DNA of 64,000 nucleotides. Origin: Desulfobacterales bacterium. Lineage in GTDB: Bacteria; Desulfobacterota; Desulfobacteria; Desulfobacterales; JAHEIW01. Of this stretch, positions 38,467-48,481 are shown piece after piece (the first letter of the stretch is position 1; every line of letters starts with the position of its first letter). The translations under genes were made by a program, and so were the position numbers. Below the pieces are notes generated by a model. That model had not been told where the DNA came from. It saw only the letters and a list, made by a program, of their open reading frames with translations, and made no database searches. The stretch lies in assembly GCA_050116835.1 (NCBI GenBank), contig JASFNW010000005.1, forward strand, positions 4,037-68,036, read 5' to 3'.

Positions 38467-39381
38467 ATGACGGCACATTTGCTGACGCTGGCCGATCTGG
38501 CCAAAGAAGAATTTGAAGCCTATTTCAAGCGCGCGATTGAGCTCAAAGATGCACATCGTAAGGGCATGGTCCAACCTTCGAAGGCTGGTAAAAGCCTGGG
38601 GCTGCTGTTTGACAAACCCTCGACCCGCACCCGTGTTTCATTTGAGACCGCTATGGTGCAGTTGGGCGGTGCGCCGCTGTTTATCAGTTCTAAAGATACG
38701 CAGATGTCAAGGGCCGAACCCATAAAAGATACGGCCAGGGTGCTTTCGCGCTATCTGGATGCACTGGCCATTCGCACTTTTTCGCAAGAAAAGATCGAAA
38801 AATTTGCGCAATTTTCGACCATTCCGGTGATCAATGCCTTAACGGATGCTTATCATCCCTGCCAAGTGTTGAGCGATTTGCTGACCGTAATGGAACACAA
38901 AGGGCCTGTTGAGAATTTAAAAATTGCCTGGATCGGCGATGGCAACAATATGGCACAATCCTGGATCAATGCCGCCGCAATTCTCGGTTTTGATCTACAT
39001 TTGGCATGTCCCGAGAATTTTCTTCCGGATAAGCAGATTGTGGCCGGCGCCATAAACAAACCGGCAGCGCGGATCACGTTTGGCTCGGATCCCGTTGCCG
39101 CGGTTAAAGATGCGGATGTCGTCAATACTGATGTCTGGGCCAGCATGGGCCAGGAGGCCGAACAGGAGGCGCGCAAAAATATTTTTGCTCCCTTTCAAGT
39201 GAATGCAAAGCTTTTGGAAAATGCCGCCGAGGATGCCATCGTACTGCATTGCCTGCCAGCCCATCGTGATGAAGAAATTACCGAAGCAGTCTTAGAAGGA
39301 CCCCAGTCGGTTGTCTGGGAGCAATCCGAGAACAAGTTGCATATGCACAAGGCCATTCTTGATATACTGATAAGTAACTGA
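38467..39381 (+). CDS. argF: Ornithine carbamoyltransferase
   Basis: It carries FDKPSTRTRVSFE...DGNNMAQS...HCLPAHR. Confidence 0.9.
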   Translation: MTAHLLTLADLAKEEFEAYFKRAIELKDAHRKGMVQPSKAGKSLGLLFDKPSTRTRVSFETAMVQLGGAPLFISSKDTQMSRAEPIKDTARVLSRYLDALAIRTFSQEKIEKFAQFSTIPVINALTDAYHPCQVLSDLLTVMEHKGPVENLKIAWIGDGNNMAQSWINAAAILGFDLHLACPENFLPDKQIVAGAINKPAARITFGSDPVAAVKDADVVNTDVWASMGQEAEQEARKNIFAPFQVNAKLLENAAEDAIVLHCLPAHRDEEITEAVLEGPQSVVWEQSENKLHMHKAILDILISN

Positions 39382-39634
39382 GGGGTCACGGTGCACGATT
39401 GGGCAGCCGATAATTCATTCCGCGATTATCAGGGGTTGGAGGAATAACTCCCAGACCCTTCAAGGAACTAGAATCGACCTTGATAACGGAAAGTACGCTA
39501 TGCATCGTAAGTTATCTCAAAATGCGATTAGAGCACGGTTTGAGCCCGTTGCCTCCTTGGCCCTTTTAGAACGGGGGGTATCGTTTTTAATTTCAGCCGG
39601 CTAAACGGGATAACCGAAAGGAGATGTAAATATT

Positions 39635-40837
39635 TTGACGACTAAAATCAACAAAGTGGTGCTGGCCTACTCCGGCGGACTGGATACATCGGTTATTTTA
39701 AAATGGCTGATTGAAACCTACGATTGTGAGGTGGTCACTTTTTCAGCGGCCATCGGGCAAGGGGACGATCTGGAAGAGATCAAAGATAATGCCTACAAGA
39801 CTGGCGCAACCAAGGCTTATGTAGAGGATCTGACCGAGGAATTTGCCAGGGATTATGTCTTTGCGGCTTTTCGCGCCAATGCGATCTACGAAGGACAGTA
39901 TTTGCTGGGTACGTCTCTGGCCAGGCCTCTGATTGCAAAGCGTCAGATCGAAATCGCTCACCTTGAAAAAGCCGATGCAGTCAGTCATGGTGCCACCGGT
40001 AAAGGAAATGATCAGGTCCGATTCGAACTGGGCTATCTGGCGCATGACCCCGGCATCAAAATAATTGCGCCCTGGCGGGAGTGGGATTTAAATTCACGGA
40101 CCGCCCTGATGGATTTTGCCGCCCTGCATGGTATCACTGTTCAGGCCACTCATGACAAACCCTACAGCACAGATTCCAACTTGTTGCATATCAGCTACGA
40201 GGGTGGCATCCTTGAAGACCCGTGGGCCGAAGCACCCGAAGACATATTTACCCTGACGGTTTCGCCCCAGCAGGCACCGGATGAACCCGAAATCCTCGAG
40301 TTGACATTTCAAAGCGGCAATCCGGTCAAGCTAAACGGAAACGAACTGACGCCGGCGAATATGCTCAAGGCTTTAAATACGCTGGGTGGCAAACACGGCA
40401 TTGGCCGGGTGGATCTGGTCGAGAATCGATTTGTGGGCATGAAATCCCGTGGTGTCTATGAAACTCCCGGCGGCACCATTTTGCGTGCTGCGCACATGGC
40501 ATTGGAAACCATCACCCTGGACCGTGAGGTCGTGCATCTGCGGGATTCATTGATCCCCAAATATGCCCAGCTGGTTTACAATGGATTCTGGTTTGCACCT
40601 GAAATGAACCTGTTGCAAAACATGATGGACATGACCCAGCAGAAGGTGTCCGGAACCGTGCGTCTTGAATTGTATAAGGGCAACTGCCGTATTTTGGGTC
40701 GCAGATCAGACAATTCTCTGTATCGCGAAGATTTTGCCACTTTTGAAGACGACCGGGTTTACAACCAGAAAGATGCCGAAGGGTTTATCCGTTTAAACGC
40801 CCTGAGATTACGGATTCAAAAGTTGATCGAAAAATAG
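39635..40837 (+). CDS. argG: Argininosuccinate synthase
   Basis: It carries [12 protein letters not shown]...[15 protein letters not shown]. It has a TTG start. Confidence 0.9.
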   Translation: MTTKINKVVLAYSGGLDTSVILKWLIETYDCEVVTFSAAIGQGDDLEEIKDNAYKTGATKAYVEDLTEEFARDYVFAAFRANAIYEGQYLLGTSLARPLIAKRQIEIAHLEKADAVSHGATGKGNDQVRFELGYLAHDPGIKIIAPWREWDLNSRTALMDFAALHGITVQATHDKPYSTDSNLLHISYEGGILEDPWAEAPEDIFTLTVSPQQAPDEPEILELTFQSGNPVKLNGNELTPANMLKALNTLGGKHGIGRVDLVENRFVGMKSRGVYETPGGTILRAAHMALETITLDREVVHLRDSLIPKYAQLVYNGFWFAPEMNLLQNMMDMTQQKVSGTVRLELYKGNCRILGRRSDNSLYREDFATFEDDRVYNQKDAEGFIRLNALRLRIQKLIEK

Positions 40838-40980
40838 GCACAGAGGATGATCCTCTCTTCTGGGCTGAATCCAGACAGATAAGTTCTAACCACGAAAGCA
40901 CGAAAGGATAAAAACACGAAAACGAAAAGAATAATTTCGTGATAAAAAGATCTACAAAACTATACAGATTCTCTATTCAG

Positions 40981-41011
40981 ATAACCAATAACGAATAACG
41001 AATAACGTTAT
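40981..41011. repeat. Phased ATAAC units (period 7) ending 5 nt before the argH ATG
   Basis: ATAAC starts at 40981, 40988, 40995 and 41002, followed by an inverted GTTAT. Confidence 0.75.
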
Positions 41012-41015
41012 CGCC

Positions 41016-42395
41016 ATGTCAGAAAAACTCTGGGCCGGACGGTTTCAAGAAAAAACCGCTAAAAGTGTCGAAGCATTTACGTCTTCAATCGATGTTGACC
41101 GGCGTCTGTATGCCTATGATATTCAGGGCAGCATCGCGCATTGCAAAACTCTGGCAAAAGCAGGCATTATCTCACCCAAAGAGGCCCGGGAATTGACGGC
41201 TGGCCTCAACAAAATAAAACAAGAAATCGATGCCCATACATTTGATTTTCATCATGCCCTGGAAGATATTCACACCCATATCGAATCCCGCCTGGCAGAA
41301 ATTGTGGGCCCGGTGGCCCAGAAACTACATACCGCCAGAAGCCGTAACGATCAGGTCGCGCTGGACGTGCGACTGTATCTGCGGGATACGGCTGCTAAGA
41401 TCATCCAGCTTCTCGGGCGATTACAAAAGGTCGTGGTGCGCGTTGCCAAACGCCATATTGAGACCGTGATGCCAGGCTACACCCACCTTCAGCGGGCACA
41501 GCCGGTTTTGCTGGCGCATCATCTAATGGCCTATTATGAAATGTTTTCAAGGGATACCCAACGCCTGCAAGATTGCCTGGCCCGCATCAATGTCATGCCG
41601 CTGGGCAGCGCGGCGCTGGCCGGCACACCCCATCCGATCGACAGAAAATATACCGCCGAGTTGCTTGGATTTAAAAAGGTTTCAGCCAACAGTATGGATG
41701 CAGTGGCCGATCGCGATTTTATGATCGAATTTGCATCCGCCGCCAGTATTTGCATAATGCATTTAAGCCGATTGTCGGAAGAGCTGATTCTGTGGTCTTC
41801 AGCTGAGTTTAACTTCCTTGAATTGCCGGATGCTTTCGCCACCGGAAGCAGTATTATGCCGCAGAAAAAAAATCCAGATATTGCCGAACTGGTCAGAGGA
41901 AAAGCCGGTCGCGTATTCGGTGACCTGATGGCCCTGCTGACCTTAATGAAATCTTTGCCCCTGTCCTATAATCGCGATATGCAGGAGGATAAAGCACTTC
42001 TTTTTGATGCGGCCGATACGCTGAGCGCCTGCATTGACATAACAACTCAATTGCTTCCAAAGATAAAGTTCAACAAAGCCGGCATGCAGGCGGCAGCCCG
42101 TCGAGGATATCTGAATGCAACCGATTTGGCTGATTATCTGGTCATCAAAGGTATGCCTTTCAGAGAGGCTCACCATTGTGTCGGACAAATTGTGCGTTAT
42201 GCCGTTCGCAGCCGCAAAGAATTGCACGAGCTTTCGTTAACCGATTTGCAGAGATTTTCAGAGCGAATCGAAGACGAAATTTTCGACTTTATGAAGACCC
42301 CACAGATGATCGATCGGCGTACCACAATCGGCGGTACGGCCACCCGGGCGGTCAAGGCTGCGATTCGAGCCGCTGAAAAAAGGCTGAATAAATAG
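41016..42395 (+). CDS. argH: Argininosuccinate lyase
   Basis: It carries LWAGRF...HTARSRNDQVALD...GSSIMPQKKNPD. Confidence 0.9.
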   Translation: MSEKLWAGRFQEKTAKSVEAFTSSIDVDRRLYAYDIQGSIAHCKTLAKAGIISPKEARELTAGLNKIKQEIDAHTFDFHHALEDIHTHIESRLAEIVGPVAQKLHTARSRNDQVALDVRLYLRDTAAKIIQLLGRLQKVVVRVAKRHIETVMPGYTHLQRAQPVLLAHHLMAYYEMFSRDTQRLQDCLARINVMPLGSAALAGTPHPIDRKYTAELLGFKKVSANSMDAVADRDFMIEFASAASICIMHLSRLSEELILWSSAEFNFLELPDAFATGSSIMPQKKNPDIAELVRGKAGRVFGDLMALLTLMKSLPLSYNRDMQEDKALLFDAADTLSACIDITTQLLPKIKFNKAGMQAAARRGYLNATDLADYLVIKGMPFREAHHCVGQIVRYAVRSRKELHELSLTDLQRFSERIEDEIFDFMKTPQMIDRRTTIGGTATRAVKAAIRAAEKRLNK

Positions 42396-42466
42396 GTAGA
42401 AGTTATAAAAAATCTCTTGTAGAAAAAGCCCGCACGTGATGGCATCTAACGGAAAATGATAAATCC

Positions 42467-42955
42467 GTGTTTAAATGCAAGCCGCAACATACGAGACGTT
42501 TTCTGCATCGCACATGGCTGGTGTGCCTGCTGGTGGCGATCGGCGGAGTAAGCCTTGTTTGGCAGGGCTGCGGCAAAAAAGGTCCGCCGCGGCCGCCGGA
42601 ACGGCCATTGCCGCCAGCAGTTGAAGATCTGCGTTATGCGATCCAGGACGATTGGGTTGAACTCAGCTGGACCCAACCCGCAACAGCAGAGGGCGAATTT
42701 TCCGAGCCGGCCTCGATTAAAGTGTTTCGGGCCATATTATCGGATGAAGAAATCCAATGCGAAAATTGTCCGCTGCGCTTTGAGACCGTGGCTGAGATAC
42801 CGATTCATGAAAAGGCCTTAAAAGAGGAAGATCTCCGCACGTTTCATTATAGTGAAAAGATTGATCCCGGTTATCGATATATCTATAAAGTGATTGTCTT
42901 CGATGAATACGGAATCGGCGGCAAGAATTCAAATGTCGTTCAATTCGACCACTAA
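42467..42955 (+). CDS. Lipoprotein with an LptM-like GCGKKGPP N-terminus and a beta-rich C-terminal domain
   Basis: The lipobox WQGC is followed by GKKGPPRPPERPLPP. The gene lies directly upstream of lysA-dapF. Confidence 0.55.
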   Translation: MFKCKPQHTRRFLHRTWLVCLLVAIGGVSLVWQGCGKKGPPRPPERPLPPAVEDLRYAIQDDWVELSWTQPATAEGEFSEPASIKVFRAILSDEEIQCENCPLRFETVAEIPIHEKALKEEDLRTFHYSEKIDPGYRYIYKVIVFDEYGIGGKNSNVVQFDH

Positions 42956-42995
42956 TGGAATTGAGTTAAACTCAATTCCATTATAAAGGCAGAAC

Positions 42996-44255
42996 ATGAA
43001 TCATTTCACCTATCGCAAAAATCAATTATACTGTGAAGATGTTCCGGTCCAAAAAATTGCTGCAGCAGTAGGCACGCCGTTTTATTTGTACAGTCATGCG
43101 ACCCTGATCCGGCATTTAAATGCGTTTCGAGATGCCTTTGAGAAAATTAACCACTTGGTGTGCTTTTCTGCCAAAGCCAACACCAACTCAGCTATTCTAA
43201 AATTATTTGCCGATCGCGGATGCGGCCTTGACATCGTATCGGGGGGAGAACTTTACCGCGGTCTGAATGCCGGTTTTGCGCCTGAAAGGATTGTCTACTC
43301 CGGAGTGGGAAAGCGCGTCGATGAAATCGACGATGCACTCAAAGCCGGAATCCTCATGTTCAATCTGGAATCCATAGATGAGCTAAAACTGATTGACCAG
43401 CGTGCTGGCAAATTAAATCAGCGGGCGCGGGTTGCCATCCGGGTCAATCCAGACGTAGATCCCAAAACCCATCCGTATATTTCTACGGGCCTTAAAAAAA
43501 ATAAATTCGGCATTAACAGCGAAGCGGCGATCGAGGGGTACCGTCTGGCTGCCCGTCTGGCGCATGTTGACGTCATTGGCATTGATTGTCACATCGGATC
43601 TCAGATAACCGAAGCCACGCCCTTTGAAGATGCGCTCCAAAGCGTAAAATCGTTGATGCAGCGCATAAAGTCTGAAACGGGCATTGATATCCAATATGTC
43701 GATATGGGTGGCGGACTGGGCATTACCTATGGCGATGAGAGCCCGCCTTCCTTAGAAGAATATGCAAAGTCTTTCAAGCAAAGCCTTGACGGCATGTCTG
43801 TTACGCTTATTCTGGAGCCGGGAAGGGTATTGGTCGGCAATGCCGGCATCCTGGTGACCCGCGTGTTATATAAAAAGGACGGTCAGGACAAGAAATTTGT
43901 TATTGTCGATGCCGGAATGAACGACCTAATGCGACCGACCCTGTACAATGCCTTTCATGCGATTGAGCCGGTTGTTCGGAACAAGACATCGAAAACCGTC
44001 GCTGATGTTGTCGGGCCCATCTGTGAAAGCGGCGATTTTTTGGCAGTCGATCGCAGCCTGGCCGAGGTGGACAGCGGTGATCTTTTAGCCATAATGAGCA
44101 CCGGTGCCTATGGCTTTGTCATGTCTTCGAATTACTGTTCGCGACCCAGAGTGGCAGAAGTAATGGTCAAAAAAGACCAGTACCATGTTGTCAAAAAAAG
44201 AGAAGCTTACGTGGATCTCGTCCGGGGTGAATCGTTTCCGCCTTTTTTGGAATGA
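42996..44255 (+). CDS. lysA: Diaminopimelate decarboxylase
   Basis: It carries PFYLYS...FSAKAN...GGGLGI...CESGD. Confidence 0.9.
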   Translation: MNHFTYRKNQLYCEDVPVQKIAAAVGTPFYLYSHATLIRHLNAFRDAFEKINHLVCFSAKANTNSAILKLFADRGCGLDIVSGGELYRGLNAGFAPERIVYSGVGKRVDEIDDALKAGILMFNLESIDELKLIDQRAGKLNQRARVAIRVNPDVDPKTHPYISTGLKKNKFGINSEAAIEGYRLAARLAHVDVIGIDCHIGSQITEATPFEDALQSVKSLMQRIKSETGIDIQYVDMGGGLGITYGDESPPSLEEYAKSFKQSLDGMSVTLILEPGRVLVGNAGILVTRVLYKKDGQDKKFVIVDAGMNDLMRPTLYNAFHAIEPVVRNKTSKTVADVVGPICESGDFLAVDRSLAEVDSGDLLAIMSTGAYGFVMSSNYCSRPRVAEVMVKKDQYHVVKKREAYVDLVRGESFPPFLE

Positions 44256-44353
44256 CTAGATGCTGTTCCAAACCCCTTTACAGCCGGTTTGCGACTGTTT
44301 TAAACAAAAATATCCATTCAGTACTGGTCTTCGATAATTGACAAAGGTTGAAT

Positions 44354-45178
44354 ATGAATCCAATCCCATTTTATAAAATGAGCGGAGCCGGCAATGACTT
44401 TATTATTATCGATAACCGTGACGGGAAGGTTAAAGACACGCATTTGACCGACTTTATTAGTGCTGTCTGCCGGCGCAAGATGTCAGCCGGGGCCGATGGG
44501 CTTATTCTGATTGAAACCTCCGCGAGATGTGATTTTCGCTGGCGATTTTTCAATTCCGACGGCAGCAAGGCTGAAATGTGCGGTAATGGCGCTAGATGTG
44601 CAGCCCGATTCGCCCATGTGACCGGCATTAGCGGAACGGCCTTATCCTTTGAAACCGAGGCCGGCATCATCAGTGCCCAGGTTGACGCTGATCGCGTTAA
44701 AGTACAGATGCCGGAACCCTCGGAGCTGAAGCTGGCCTATGTGCTGGAGCTGTCAAAGCGTTCACTGGAAATCAACAGTATCAATACCGGTGTGCCCCAC
44801 GTCGTCGTCATGGTCGAGCAAGTTGATGAATTCGACATTCTATCGCTGGGTCGTGAAATTCGTTATCATCCGAGTTTTGCGCCGGCCGGGACCAATGTGA
44901 ATTTCGTCCAGCGCAATAAAGGCAATTCCATTGACATCCGTACATATGAGCGCGGTGTTGAAGATGAAACCCTGGCATGCGGAACCGGCGCGATTGCCAG
45001 TGCGATCATTTCCGCCGGCTGCTTTAAGATGACCTCACCGGTATCTGTTAGGACCCGTAGTGGCCTGTATCTGACCATTTATTTTGATGCCAAAGAGGGT
45101 CAATTCCATGATATTTACATGGAGGGTGATGCCCGCATTATTTATGTCGGCGAGCTTCAACCCGAAGCCTGGCAGTGA
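44354..45178 (+). CDS. dapF: Diaminopimelate epimerase
   Basis: It carries FYKMSGAGNDFIIID...EMCGNGARC...ETLACGTG. Confidence 0.9.
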   Translation: MNPIPFYKMSGAGNDFIIIDNRDGKVKDTHLTDFISAVCRRKMSAGADGLILIETSARCDFRWRFFNSDGSKAEMCGNGARCAARFAHVTGISGTALSFETEAGIISAQVDADRVKVQMPEPSELKLAYVLELSKRSLEINSINTGVPHVVVMVEQVDEFDILSLGREIRYHPSFAPAGTNVNFVQRNKGNSIDIRTYERGVEDETLACGTGAIASAIISAGCFKMTSPVSVRTRSGLYLTIYFDAKEGQFHDIYMEGDARIIYVGELQPEAWQ

Positions 45179-45188
45179 GGAGATCTAA

Positions 45189-45310
45189 CTGGAATTATGG
45201 AACAGTGGGATAATGGAATATTGGGTTATTGATTTTTTGACTTAATTTTTGAAAAATGGTTGATTCTAATCGTCCCATTCTTCCAGCACTTCAGTATTCC
45301 AATATTCCAG
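45189..45310. repeat. Long imperfect dyad built from GGAATATT-type 8-nt units
   Basis: The left arm is ctggaattatggaacagtgggataatggaatattgg. The right arm is cccattcttccagcacttcagtattccaatattccag. Confidence 0.65.
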
Positions 45311-45350
45311 CTTGTTATTGACCCATAATGTGTCTTGCTTGCGAATTCAC

Positions 45351-45851
45351 ATGTCAGACCGCCATATCGTCTATATTTCGGTGGGCTCCAATATGGGAAA
45401 CCGCCTGCAGAATTGCCGTCAGGGAATCACAGCTCTCGTCCGTTCCGGCGAATCCCAAATATTAGCACAATCGCGTATTTATATGACCGAGCCGGTGGAT
45501 TATGAGGATCAGGACTGGTTTGTCAATATGGCTGTCAAACTCAAGACATCTTCTGATCCGTTTGAATTGCTCGATAAAATCAAAAGCGTGCAGCGGGCTG
45601 CCGGCCGTAAGCGAGATGTGATCCGTTTTGGTCCACGGGTGCTGGATCTGGATATCATTTTCTTTGACGACCGGGTCATTGACTCAGACCGTCTGGTGGT
45701 GCCCCATCCACGGATGCACCAAAGACGTTTTGTCTTAAAGCCGATCTGTGATATAGATCCCACTATCATTCATCCGGTTCTGAAAAAAGATATGCAATCC
45801 CTGCTGGATGGTCTGGGTAAGGATGAACAAAAGGTAGTTGAATATACATGA
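45351..45851 (+). CDS. folK: 2-amino-4-hydroxy-6-hydroxymethyldihydropteridine pyrophosphokinase
   Basis: It carries VYISVGSNMGN...GPRVLDLDIIFF...VVPHPRMHQRRFVL. Confidence 0.85.
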   Translation: MSDRHIVYISVGSNMGNRLQNCRQGITALVRSGESQILAQSRIYMTEPVDYEDQDWFVNMAVKLKTSSDPFELLDKIKSVQRAAGRKRDVIRFGPRVLDLDIIFFDDRVIDSDRLVVPHPRMHQRRFVLKPICDIDPTIIHPVLKKDMQSLLDGLGKDEQKVVEYT

Positions 45852-46114
45852 TTAAATTTTTAATATTTTTAGCTGTGGGCTATTTACTGTACCGTTCAAT
45901 GAAAAACTGGATGTTTCCCGATGCCCGTCAGAAAAAAAACGTGTCCTCCCGAGAAAACGGACAAATCGATGATGTCATGATCAAGGATCCGTTTTGTGAG
46001 GCATATTTTCCACGGCGCAATGCCGTCAGTTTAGAATTCAAAGGGAATGTTTATTATTTTTGCAGTGAGGCTTGCCGGGACAAATACATTGCCCGACATT
46101 CCGACGAAGCATAA
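45848..46114 (+). CDS. Small membrane protein with a YHS/TRASH-type metal-binding domain
   Basis: It has an N-terminal TM helix followed by DPFCEAYFP...GNVYYFCSEACRDKY. Confidence 0.6.
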   Translation: MIKFLIFLAVGYLLYRSMKNWMFPDARQKKNVSSRENGQIDDVMIKDPFCEAYFPRRNAVSLEFKGNVYYFCSEACRDKYIARHSDEA

Positions 46115-46132
46115 AATGGTAACGAATATTTC

Positions 46133-46690
46133 ATGGCAACTTTCCAAAACTTAATCCATGGCCCCAATCTGTTGACGCTGTTTCGCATTGCAGCAGTGCC
46201 GATTATTATTATATTGATGCTGTTTCCCAACAGATTTTTCGTCTTTGTCGCGGCCCTGGTGTTCAGTGCTGCCGCCATTACCGACTATCTGGATGGTTTT
46301 TATGCGCGCAAACGAAACATGGTGACCACACTGGGCAAAATCTTGGATCCGGTTGCCGACAAGCTGCTGGTGTCATCGGCCTTCATCATGCTGGCAGCGT
46401 TGAACTGGGTTCCGGCCTGGATGGTCTGCATCATTATCGGCCGCGAACTGGCCGTAAACGGTTTGCGCAACATCATTGCCGAAAAAGGTGAAGATCTGTC
46501 TGCATCCAATCTGGGAAAATTCAAAACCGGCTTTCAGATTGCGGCAATTATTCCTTTGATGATCCACTTTCCACTTTTTGGCCTGAACGTTCAGGCCGTC
46601 GGTAGCTTTTTTTTATGGGGAGCACTGGTGTTCACCATATGGTCGGGTGCGGACTATTTTATCCGCTCCAGAAGTCTTTTGCAGGGCTGA
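46133..46690 (+). CDS. pgsA: CDP-diacylglycerol-glycerol-3-phosphate 3-phosphatidyltransferase
   Basis: It carries the CDP-alcohol transferase motif DYLDGFYARKRNMVTTLGKILDPVADKL. Confidence 0.85.
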   Translation: MATFQNLIHGPNLLTLFRIAAVPIIIILMLFPNRFFVFVAALVFSAAAITDYLDGFYARKRNMVTTLGKILDPVADKLLVSSAFIMLAALNWVPAWMVCIIIGRELAVNGLRNIIAEKGEDLSASNLGKFKTGFQIAAIIPLMIHFPLFGLNVQAVGSFFLWGALVFTIWSGADYFIRSRSLLQG

Positions 46691-46741
46691 TTTTTTGTTG
46701 ACAAACGAGTGTTTACCGGCTAAAAAATGGCGTTTACAAGA

Positions 46742-46816
46742 GCGGGAATAACTCAGTGGTAGAGTGCGACCTTGCCAAGGTCGAAGTCGCGGGTTCAAAT
46801 CCCGTTTCCCGCTCCA
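46742..46816 (+). tRNA. tRNA-Gly (anticodon GCC)
   Basis: GCGGGAATAACTCAGTGGTAGAGTGCGACCTTGCCAAGGTCGAAGTCGCGGGTTCAAATCCCGTTTCCCGCTCCA folds as a cloverleaf. Confidence 0.9.
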
Positions 46817-46824
46817 TTTTTTTT

Positions 46825-46899
46825 GGCGGCATAGCCAAGTGGTAAGGCAGCGGTCTGCAAAACCGCAATTCGTCGGTTCGACTCCGACTGCCGCCTCCA
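46825..46899 (+). tRNA. tRNA-Cys (anticodon GCA)
   Basis: GGCGGCATAGCCAAGTGGTAAGGCAGCGGTCTGCAAAACCGCAATTCGTCGGTTCGACTCCGACTGCCGCCTCCA folds as a cloverleaf. Confidence 0.9.
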
Positions 46900-46910
46900 G
46901 CTCTGACATA

Positions 46911-46953
46911 AAAGGGCTTGCAAGCAATATCGATAGCCTGCAGCCCTTTTTTT
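46911..46953 (+). terminator. Intrinsic terminator after tRNA-Cys
   Basis: The stem GGGCT(T)GCA / TGCAGCCC is followed by T7. Confidence 0.55.
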
Positions 46954-47099
46954 ATGCTTTCTATTACGGATTTTTCGGCCTTACCGGATAATTGTTTTAT
47001 TATAATAATTAAATAAAGTAAGAATTATTTATTTATCAATATAACTTTTGTCAGCAAATAATGCTTGTTTTGCAGGCTAAAAAAATGTAATCTGAATTC

Positions 47100-47288
47100 A
47101 TGGGAGAGAAGAAAATATTTTCCACACGCCTTGATTCCGATCGAATCAAAGACCTCAAGCACCTTGCGGTTGATGTGGAAAAGTCGTTGGGTGTTTTGCT
47201 GGAAGAGGCCATCGGGGATTTATGCCGCAAGTACAGACAAAAGTCCGCCGCGCAAAATGGCCCTGAAAATGCAAAAGGATCTTTTTAG
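47100..47288 (+). CDS. Small ribbon-helix-helix (CopG/ParD-like) protein, tentative
   Basis: 62 aa. KKIFSTRLDSDRIKDLKHLAVDVEKSLGVLLEEAI fits a beta-strand plus two helices. It is preceded by a very AT-rich stretch. Confidence 0.4.
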   Translation: MGEKKIFSTRLDSDRIKDLKHLAVDVEKSLGVLLEEAIGDLCRKYRQKSAAQNGPENAKGSF

Positions 47289-47549
47289 TTCAACTTCCCC
47301 CTGAGATGGTAATGGCCATTACCTATCGACCCGCCGAAAAACAGACAGCCGACGGATTGCAGAACTCATCAGCGTTGACATGCCAGATTTACGGATAATC
47401 CATCACTTGTAACGTTATTCGGGTTACCGGCAACAGCTGAGTGATGGCCGGTTATTTTTTCAAAGCGCGCTGCAATGGCCATTAGATCCGCACCCATTTG
47501 ATGCATATCTGCCATCGTAATTCCTTTATGGCGAAACCGTCGCTAGGGG

Positions 47550-48443
47550 TCAAATTGGGTCCTGAATGAGCATGGTGGCGGGGTCCAGAATCAAATCCGG
47601 TTCGTCTCCACTGGAACCTGGGCCCTTAAAGGCCTTTATCTGAATGTTTTTTCCCAACGGCACCAGCTGGATAACAACTTCAAACAAATCGTCGACATTT
47701 ATCAACTGTGACGGCGTTCCATTCGGCTCGGATTCTTCGTGGCGATGGGTTCGAATGGTAAACCACACATGCATGTCCAGTCGTGCCGCCAGGTGTTTTA
47801 GGTCTGCCAAGTCTTGCTGGTTTGATGTTTCAAAGGGGACACCATCAATAATCATTGCATCCGGTTTGAAGATCTCTTGTTCGACCAGATCGGTGAGTCG
47901 TTCTTCGAGTTTCGGAACACTAAAACCTTCAACGCGAAAGGTCATGATAAACCGATGGGGTAAAATTATGTCCCACAGCTGATTACTCTGCTGGATATGG
48001 TGGTGGGATGTGATGCGGCTGAAAACCTCCCGATACCACAGACTGACTTTTTTTACGGGATCGTTGAGGCTGATATGCAAAACATTTTTTTCTCTGAGCA
48101 TGCTATTTAAAGCCAGCTGAACGAGAAATGCCGTTTTACCCACACCGGCCCGGGCCATTACCGCACCGAATTCGCCTTTATTCAGGATATCGTCGCTTTT
48201 ATAACCCAACCGCCGCAGGGGATTTTTCAAGATAAGCTCGTTTTTCAGCATGCTGAGATTCCTTTCCCGCATATAGCAAATATTATCAAGCGGCTGTACG
48301 ACAATCTGATCGGTGGTCTGAGCGGCTTGAACCGGCAACACCCGGTAATTAAATTCAGCCTGCTTGCGGGGATCAAATAATCTATGCTTATTTTTTAAAC
48401 ACTTGATTTCAGCCATTGAACGTCTGATACTGGTGCGTTGCAT
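47550..48443 (-). CDS. RecA-superfamily (KaiC/DnaB-like) P-loop ATPase
   Basis: The Walker A motif is ARAGVGKT within GEFGAVMARAGVGKTAFLVQLAL. The Walker B motif is DAMIIDG. It lies 38 nt downstream of the EF-G paralogue. Confidence 0.6.
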   Translation of the reverse strand: MQRTSIRRSMAEIKCLKNKHRLFDPRKQAEFNYRVLPVQAAQTTDQIVVQPLDNICYMRERNLSMLKNELILKNPLRRLGYKSDDILNKGEFGAVMARAGVGKTAFLVQLALNSMLREKNVLHISLNDPVKKVSLWYREVFSRITSHHHIQQSNQLWDIILPHRFIMTFRVEGFSVPKLEERLTDLVEQEIFKPDAMIIDGVPFETSNQQDLADLKHLAARLDMHVWFTIRTHRHEESEPNGTPSQLINVDDLFEVVIQLVPLGKNIQIKAFKGPGSSGDEPDLILDPATMLIQDPI

Positions 48444-48481
48444 TTTACCTATAGCAGGTATAGTTGCACGCGCAACTGTTT

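Noticed and set aside
39404-39411. A perfect GCCGATAA octamer in the argF-argG spacer as a sigma-28 promoter
   Set aside because: There is no TAAA-like -35 element 15 nt upstream, and there is no flagellar context.
39500-39604. A possible 34-aa ORF (MHRKLSQNAIRARFEPVASLALLERGVSFLISAG) in the 253-nt argF-argG spacer
   Set aside because: It has only a weak GGAAAG RBS and no recognisable features. I cannot distinguish it from chance without conservation data.
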